From: a virus
Lineage: Duplodnaviria; Caudoviricetes
DNA: 61,556 nucleotides
Virus record (IMG/VR): IMGVR_UViG_3300025165_000001
Location: 1-61,556 of that record
Strand: one strand, 5' to 3'
Shown here: in pieces, positions 57,231 to 61,556 of the stretch
Numbering within the stretch: the first letter of the stretch is position 1
How the letters are laid out: each line of letters begins with the position of its first letter
Notes under the pieces: model-generated
What the model was told of the DNA's origin: nothing
Databases searched by the model: none
What the model saw: the letters and a program-made list of their open reading frames with translations, nothing else
Translations under genes and position numbers: made by a program

Positions 57231-58241
57231 TCAAACACTCTCGTCGATATTAACTTGGATCACGCAGGTATCGTCACAGCGTACCGAGCCGCCGCTCAGC
57301 TTGACCATGGCAAACGGGTTGTTCCAGCGGTTCGGATCTCGACCCAGCTCCACTCCCTTAAACATTCCCATTGCCAAGCCCATGCCCATCCTTTGAATGC
57401 GCAGGCAGGAACGGATGTTGCCCGTCTTGTAGAGCTTCACCGATTCACGCCACTTGGCACCGTACCAGAGGGCATCTTTCGGAAAGCTGCCGGCGGTAAG
57501 AGCGTTGATGGTCGTGAAGTCGGAACTGGTCGCGGTAGGATCGGTCAGTAACTGCTCGATGCCTTTCGGAGAATGGAAAAAATACTGATCCTCCGGGAGC
57601 ACTGAGTTATCCGCCATATTGGTTCGCGACGTGCGGATCTTCGCCATTGTAAGGCCCGATCCGCCATCGGCGACCTGATACAGTGCGGTATCGAACGATG
57701 TCGCGGCCGATGTCCCTGCGCCTTCGTCCACCGTCTCGGCTGTACCCAGCGCACCGCCGGCTTGCGCCGTGCTCTGAGCCAACACGAGATCGTCTTTCTT
57801 CCGCTCCATGGAGAAGGCCAAGATTTGCGAAAGCTCGGACTGTGGATCGGTGAGCGTTCTGAGTTCGTCAAACTCATCGATGGTTACTGCGAGCGCGAAA
57901 TCGTAAAGAGTCGCCCGCCTTTTGGACTGCGCCGGGTTGGCATAAGTGGTCGTGCCGTCTCGGGCCAAGACTTGCTGCATGTCCTGCGATCCGATCCGGT
58001 TGAACGGTTCTGTTTTCCCTTTGACACCGGTTTTCAGACGCACGGCACCGTCAACCTGTGACGTTCGCTGCTGGGAGAGTTGCAGGACTGTCGCACTGAC
58101 TCCATGATGAAACCAACTTTCATTCTCAAGCGCTCCGCGTTGACCGAGTTTGATAAGAGGTTCTGCGAGAAACCAGATATTTGCGGCGATTGCCGCCAGC
58201 CAGACGTAGATATTCCGTGAGAGATTTTTTATGAGATTCAT
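57231..58241 (-). CDS. Major capsid protein
   Basis: LQLSQQRTS, FNRIG, IDEFDELR, MERKKDD, LLTD...SSDF..I.AL, GSVR; position after the scaffold. Confidence 0.88.
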   Translation of the reverse strand: MNLIKNLSRNIYVWLAAIAANIWFLAEPLIKLGQRGALENESWFHHGVSATVLQLSQQRTSQVDGAVRLKTGVKGKTEPFNRIGSQDMQQVLARDGTTTYANPAQSKRRATLYDFALAVTIDEFDELRTLTDPQSELSQILAFSMERKKDDLVLAQSTAQAGGALGTAETVDEGAGTSAATSFDTALYQVADGGSGLTMAKIRTSRTNMADNSVLPEDQYFFHSPKGIEQLLTDPTATSSDFTTINALTAGSFPKDALWYGAKWRESVKLYKTGNIRSCLRIQRMGMGLAMGMFKGVELGRDPNRWNNPFAMVKLSGGSVRCDDTCVIQVNIDESV

Positions 58242-58249
58242 TTCGGGTT

Positions 58250-58405
58250 CCTTTCTAATGTTTAACTTACCCAGTGATTTTTGGCAGGACTGGGAAGCTG
58301 CCCGCGGTAAGTGCCCCGCTTATGCGGACTCACCTGGTCTTTATGGGACCAGCAGCACGGCTTTCCGTGCAGTCACCCGGACTCCGAAAGGAGTGCCCCG
58401 GAATC
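58250..58405 (-). promoter_or_regulatory. Structured 5' leader of the MCP gene (4-5 hairpins)
   Basis: GCACGG/CCGTGC, CTGGTC/GACCAG, ACTCC/GGAGT and GGTAAGT/ACTCACC stems. Confidence 0.55.
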
Positions 58406-58408
58406 TTC

Positions 58409-58873
58409 TTAATTAGTTAAATCAAGAAGGTGTTTCCAGCTTTTACCGACGCGGATGGCCCGGATAGTTCCCCGGTCCACTCCAAGGCGTCGAGCTAAGT
58501 TGGAATTACTTTCTTGACTCGCTTTAACGAACAACACTGATTCATTATTTAATTTCGCCGCCATACTATGTTCGCCCAAACCGATCTGAGTAAGCCGCCC
58601 TTTGTCGAAAGCGTCGCGGCTATTGTCGGATTTTGTACCCAGAAAGAGATGCTCGGGATTTACGCACGGCGGATTATCGCATCGATGAAGAACGAATAAT
58701 CCGTCTTCGATCGGCCCCTTGAATAGGCTCCATGACGCTCGACTGGCGGTGACAATTTTCCCGTCAACCCAAATTAGGCCGCAATCGGTACGGAGCGCAC
58801 CCATCCACAACCAGCAACCCGTGTTTGGTTCTGGGATGTATTTTTCTTCAAATCTTTCCAATAGCGTCTTCAT
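58409..58873 (-). CDS. HNH homing endonuclease
   Basis: ERFEEKYIPEPNTGCWLW, VLHRCDNPPCVNPEHLFLGT..DN, C-terminal HTH. Confidence 0.88.
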   Translation of the reverse strand: MKTLLERFEEKYIPEPNTGCWLWMGALRTDCGLIWVDGKIVTASRASWSLFKGPIEDGLFVLHRCDNPPCVNPEHLFLGTKSDNSRDAFDKGRLTQIGLGEHSMAAKLNNESVLFVKASQESNSNLARRLGVDRGTIRAIRVGKSWKHLLDLTN

Positions 58874-58902
58874 CTTCTGACCCGGATGGAGAGGAACTCT
58901 CC

Positions 58903-58973
58903 GGTAGCGGAGCTTGGAATCGAACCAAGGGGAACCGGCTTATGAGACCGGCCTGAAACCATTTCTCCCCGCT
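58903..58973 (-). tRNA. tRNA with CAT anticodon (Met or Ile2) and a shortened D arm
   Basis: Acceptor AGCGGGG/CTCCGCT; anticodon stem CCGGT/GCCGG with loop CTCATAA; T arm CTTGG-TTCGATT-CCAAG. Confidence 0.8.
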
Positions 58974-59032
58974 AACGCAAAGTTCTATCTTAACTTACCC
59001 CAATACTCCCGTTTGAGAACAAATGCAAATCG

Positions 59033-59170
59033 TTAGCGATGAACCCCTTTAATTTTTTTCGCGTTCGCGCTCGCGTAAAAAACTTCTTCGGCCTTCTTCT
59101 TGCCGCCCTTGTTCCTATATGTCTCCATCATCGCGCGCATGATGGACTTGCCTTTGTGAGTAAGCGGCAT
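59033..59170 (-). CDS. Small basic phage protein (MPLT.KGK.IM...VFYAS type)
   Basis: GAGGAG RBS; MPLTHKGKSIMRAMMETY...EEVFYASANAKKIKGVHR. Confidence 0.65.
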   Translation of the reverse strand: MPLTHKGKSIMRAMMETYRNKGGKKKAEEVFYASANAKKIKGVHR

Positions 59171-59337
59171 GGCTCACTCCTCTGGTTTTTTGGGCTTGAA
59201 CGTCTCTTTGTCGTCATAGAGCAGGATCACCCACATAGGGGACCAATCAATGATTCTGGTCTGATTCAAGCGAAGGCCGAGTTCATTGTGCTTGTCTGCT
59301 ATCCGAGTGCCGTCTTTGGTAATTTTTTCTTGGACGA

Positions 59338-60384
59338 TCATCTGACTTCTCCTGTGCCGTATTTCTTTTTGAATGCAGCGTCACGTTTTGCCATCAAGGC
59401 AATTCTCTTCGGATCTTCCGGCGATCCGTGCAGCCACAACTGATAATCGGGATGCTTCGGGTCGGTCGTCATTTTCAGCATTTCATCGAACTCCGCGTCT
59501 GCCGGAGGATCGCCAGTCCCGCTGATCTCACTGATCTCTTCCCCGGTGTCCATTCCAGCCTGAGCGACAAGCCGCAGCAGCACGGGATCATCGGCTGCGG
59601 TTATGAAACCGCCATTTCCGTTCGGTATTTTGATAGACTCTAAATGCTGCATCTGCGCTTCGGTAAAATTCTTAGTAAGCCAAGCCCCGCCATAAGCCTG
59701 AAGCGCCTTTGATTCTTTCCCCGTGGAAGCCGCCCATGTATCAAATTCCGCTTGCGCTTTTTGGCGATCAGCCACAAGCACTGGGGCAATTTCTTCGGTA
59801 TAGCGCTTCCCTTCAAGTGCCATCAGTTCGCCGATCGCCGCATTGCTCACATTGTTCTTGTGCGCCCATTCCCTAACTGCTTTGACCGTAGATTCAGACC
59901 GCAATCCTTCAGGGATCGCATCCACGTTTATTTCGTATTTGTCGGGTGATTCGGGCGGGGCGTCCTGCGCTTTGACCAACGCTAGGCCATGGCCCTTCAC
60001 TTTCTCGCCAAGATCCTTGCTCCAGGCAGTTACCTCTTCGGGCTTTGCGTCCTTTCCCGGTAGTGAGATGGCGCCGCCAAGCCGCTTCTCCAAGCCCACG
60101 GCATGCTTGACGAACGTGGGAAAGTCCTTGTGGTTGCCTGATTGCACGCCTTTCTCGAACGACGTCCAGACGTCGGGGTCGCTGGTCTTGAGCGTTTCGG
60201 CGGGAGCGTACCAGGTTGGAGTGGCGCTAGGGGCCGGGGCCGCGGGAGGAGCCGCAGAAGGATCACCGCCGCCGGAATTCGGATCGCCTTCGGCTGTGAG
60301 TAAAAACCTTGTACCGGGAACTCGAATTCCGCTGCTCCCTGGTTCTATCACAAAATTCTCAAGCGTTTTTATGCCATCAAACAT
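59338..60384 (-). CDS. Capsid scaffolding protein
   Basis: Pro/Ala-rich N-terminus, LEKRLG..I.LPG, PESPDKYE, DDPVLLRL, DPKHPDY; upstream of the MCP. Confidence 0.8.
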   Translation of the reverse strand: MFDGIKTLENFVIEPGSSGIRVPGTRFLLTAEGDPNSGGGDPSAAPPAAPAPSATPTWYAPAETLKTSDPDVWTSFEKGVQSGNHKDFPTFVKHAVGLEKRLGGAISLPGKDAKPEEVTAWSKDLGEKVKGHGLALVKAQDAPPESPDKYEINVDAIPEGLRSESTVKAVREWAHKNNVSNAAIGELMALEGKRYTEEIAPVLVADRQKAQAEFDTWAASTGKESKALQAYGGAWLTKNFTEAQMQHLESIKIPNGNGGFITAADDPVLLRLVAQAGMDTGEEISEISGTGDPPADAEFDEMLKMTTDPKHPDYQLWLHGSPEDPKRIALMAKRDAAFKKKYGTGEVR

Positions 60385-60907
60385 CGATCTCTCCTAATTG
60401 ATTCGTCCTTTTTTCTACGTGCTTCTTTCGTTGGCAATTGATCTCGTGAACGAGGAACCTATCGGGATTATTGACTGTCTTCTTGCAACAGTTGCAGCCA
60501 TTATCAGTAAACATTGCCACAGGGTTATACTTATCGCTGTAAGTAAATCCCCTATCGGAACGCAAAAACGCCCAAAGCACGTCGCTACTCATTAAAAGCG
60601 GCTTCTCCGGGCTGCTCTTGTAATGCCCAGGGATTAACCCAGCCGCCGCATCCTTGCTCAAACTCTGGCACGAGAGAGAGCCGTAACCGTTTTTCCATGC
60701 TATTTCACGGGTCGCTTCCATCGTCGTTAGTAGATTAGTTGAATTCTTAGCAGCTCTCACCTTATCGGAATTTAATTTCCTACAGATTGCGCTACAGAAC
60801 ACCCGACGCTTGTACGAACTGAGAATCAAATCTCCGCATTCGGCACAGGTGTGGATACGCGAAAAATCATCACCCTCCAACATCTCCGAAAGTCTATCAA
60901 TCAGCAT
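60377..60907 (-). CDS. Zinc-finger-containing hypothetical protein
   Basis: CAECG...FCSAICR and CNCC...HEINC. Confidence 0.55.
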   Translation of the reverse strand: MLIDRLSEMLEGDDFSRIHTCAECGDLILSSYKRRVFCSAICRKLNSDKVRAAKNSTNLLTTMEATREIAWKNGYGSLSCQSLSKDAAAGLIPGHYKSSPEKPLLMSSDVLWAFLRSDRGFTYSDKYNPVAMFTDNGCNCCKKTVNNPDRFLVHEINCQRKKHVEKRTNQLGEIDV

Positions 60908-61002
60908 GACTTATTGCCCTCCCCGTACTTCCCCATCTGCTCAGACATCAAAGAACCGGGATTCGGATCGCCTTCGGCTGTTAAGAGAAGTCGTTTCAGC
61001 AT
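60901..61002 (-). CDS. 33-aa mini-ORF duplicating part of the scaffold N-terminal region (LLTAEGDPN)
   Basis: GGAGG RBS with TGATG coupling; 21-bp exact repeat 60961-60981 = 60277-60297. Confidence 0.55.
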   Translation of the reverse strand: MLKRLLLTAEGDPNPGSLMSEQMGKYGEGNKSC

Positions 61003-61453
61003 CAGTGTCCTCCCTCAAAATGATAGTCCGACTTTCCCAATCGCTTGAATGGCTTTGCCCTTCGGTCGTAAATTACTCTTCCCAGCAGTCGCAACCGGCA
61101 AGAGTTAAGATGCTTTTGCCCGCGAACAATCTCCGTTCGCGCCCAACGGTATATTTGCGGCGTGGCGATGTTAACATCCAGCATCAGTGTCCTCCGTTTT
61201 CGGGCCAGTCGTATTCAGGTTTCCAGTGTGCATTGACAAGTAGATGCCGTTTGTGAATTTCTTCCACGCTCAAGTAACCGTTGCCGAGTAGAATACGTTC
61301 GATCTCGTCTATCCAGCGGTAGTCTTTTTCCAGGGCGTCGCCGAGAATGAGGCCGTGTTGCATTCCCCTCAAGTAGCGGTCATGCACGCGAGCCAGGCCG
61401 GCCATAGTGATTCGAAGATCGATTGTATGTTTGGCCTTACTAGGATTCGGCAT
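61002..61453 (-). CDS. Two small hypothetical proteins (61002-61184, 61184-61453)
   Basis: TGATG-coupled chain with GGAGG RBSs. Confidence 0.55.
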
Positions 61454-61457
61454 ACGG

Positions 61458-61556
61458 AATCCCCTTGCGTCTCAGAAGATCATTGGCAAACGCGCTGTGA
61501 GCAAAAAGTGGCATTTTGTCATCTTGCATGATGACCAACATCTGCTCGATGGACAA
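61458..61556. repeat. Terminal direct repeat (copy 2)
   Basis: Identical to 1-99. Confidence 0.95.

Overview
The window is a complete circular (or circularly permuted) tailed-phage genome of about 61,457 bp; bases 1-99 are repeated at 61458-61556, most likely an assembly overlap. The virion module is podovirus-like (T7/BPP-1/epsilon15 type): portal, large terminase, scaffold, major capsid, two paralogous decoration proteins, tail tubular A/B, internal virion proteins, a T7 gp17-type fibre and several beta-helix/LamG receptor-binding proteins. Replication is lambdoid (O-like initiator with internal 5-bp repeats, helicase loader, RecT-like annealase, exonuclease). No integrase, CI-like repressor, polymerase or reverse transcriptase was recognised. 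Transcription diverges from about 12.3-12.7 kb: a + strand early/middle arm (12.7-28 kb) and a - strand late arm. Main observations: (1) an ArdC-led array of small genes whose junctions share a 14-bp motif (TAGGCGTGCGCAAC: stop codon, then motif, RBS and ATG), bracketed by two 92-bp structured direct repeats; (2) at least six tail/receptor-binding proteins carry classical Sec signal peptides, and the capsid and decoration proteins carry extra N-terminal leaders; (3) a five-enzyme glycosyltransferase/methyltransferase cluster lies inside the structural module; (4) a candidate ~370-nt structured ncRNA follows a methyltransferase-nuclease pair; (5) a near-perfect parS site abuts the terS ribosome-binding site; (6) a Tad1-like anti-Thoeris sponge; (7) mini-ORFs carry exact DNA copies of portal and scaffold segments; (8) a tRNA(CAT) with a shrunken D arm. 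All protein calls come from recognising motifs by eye; no database searches were run.
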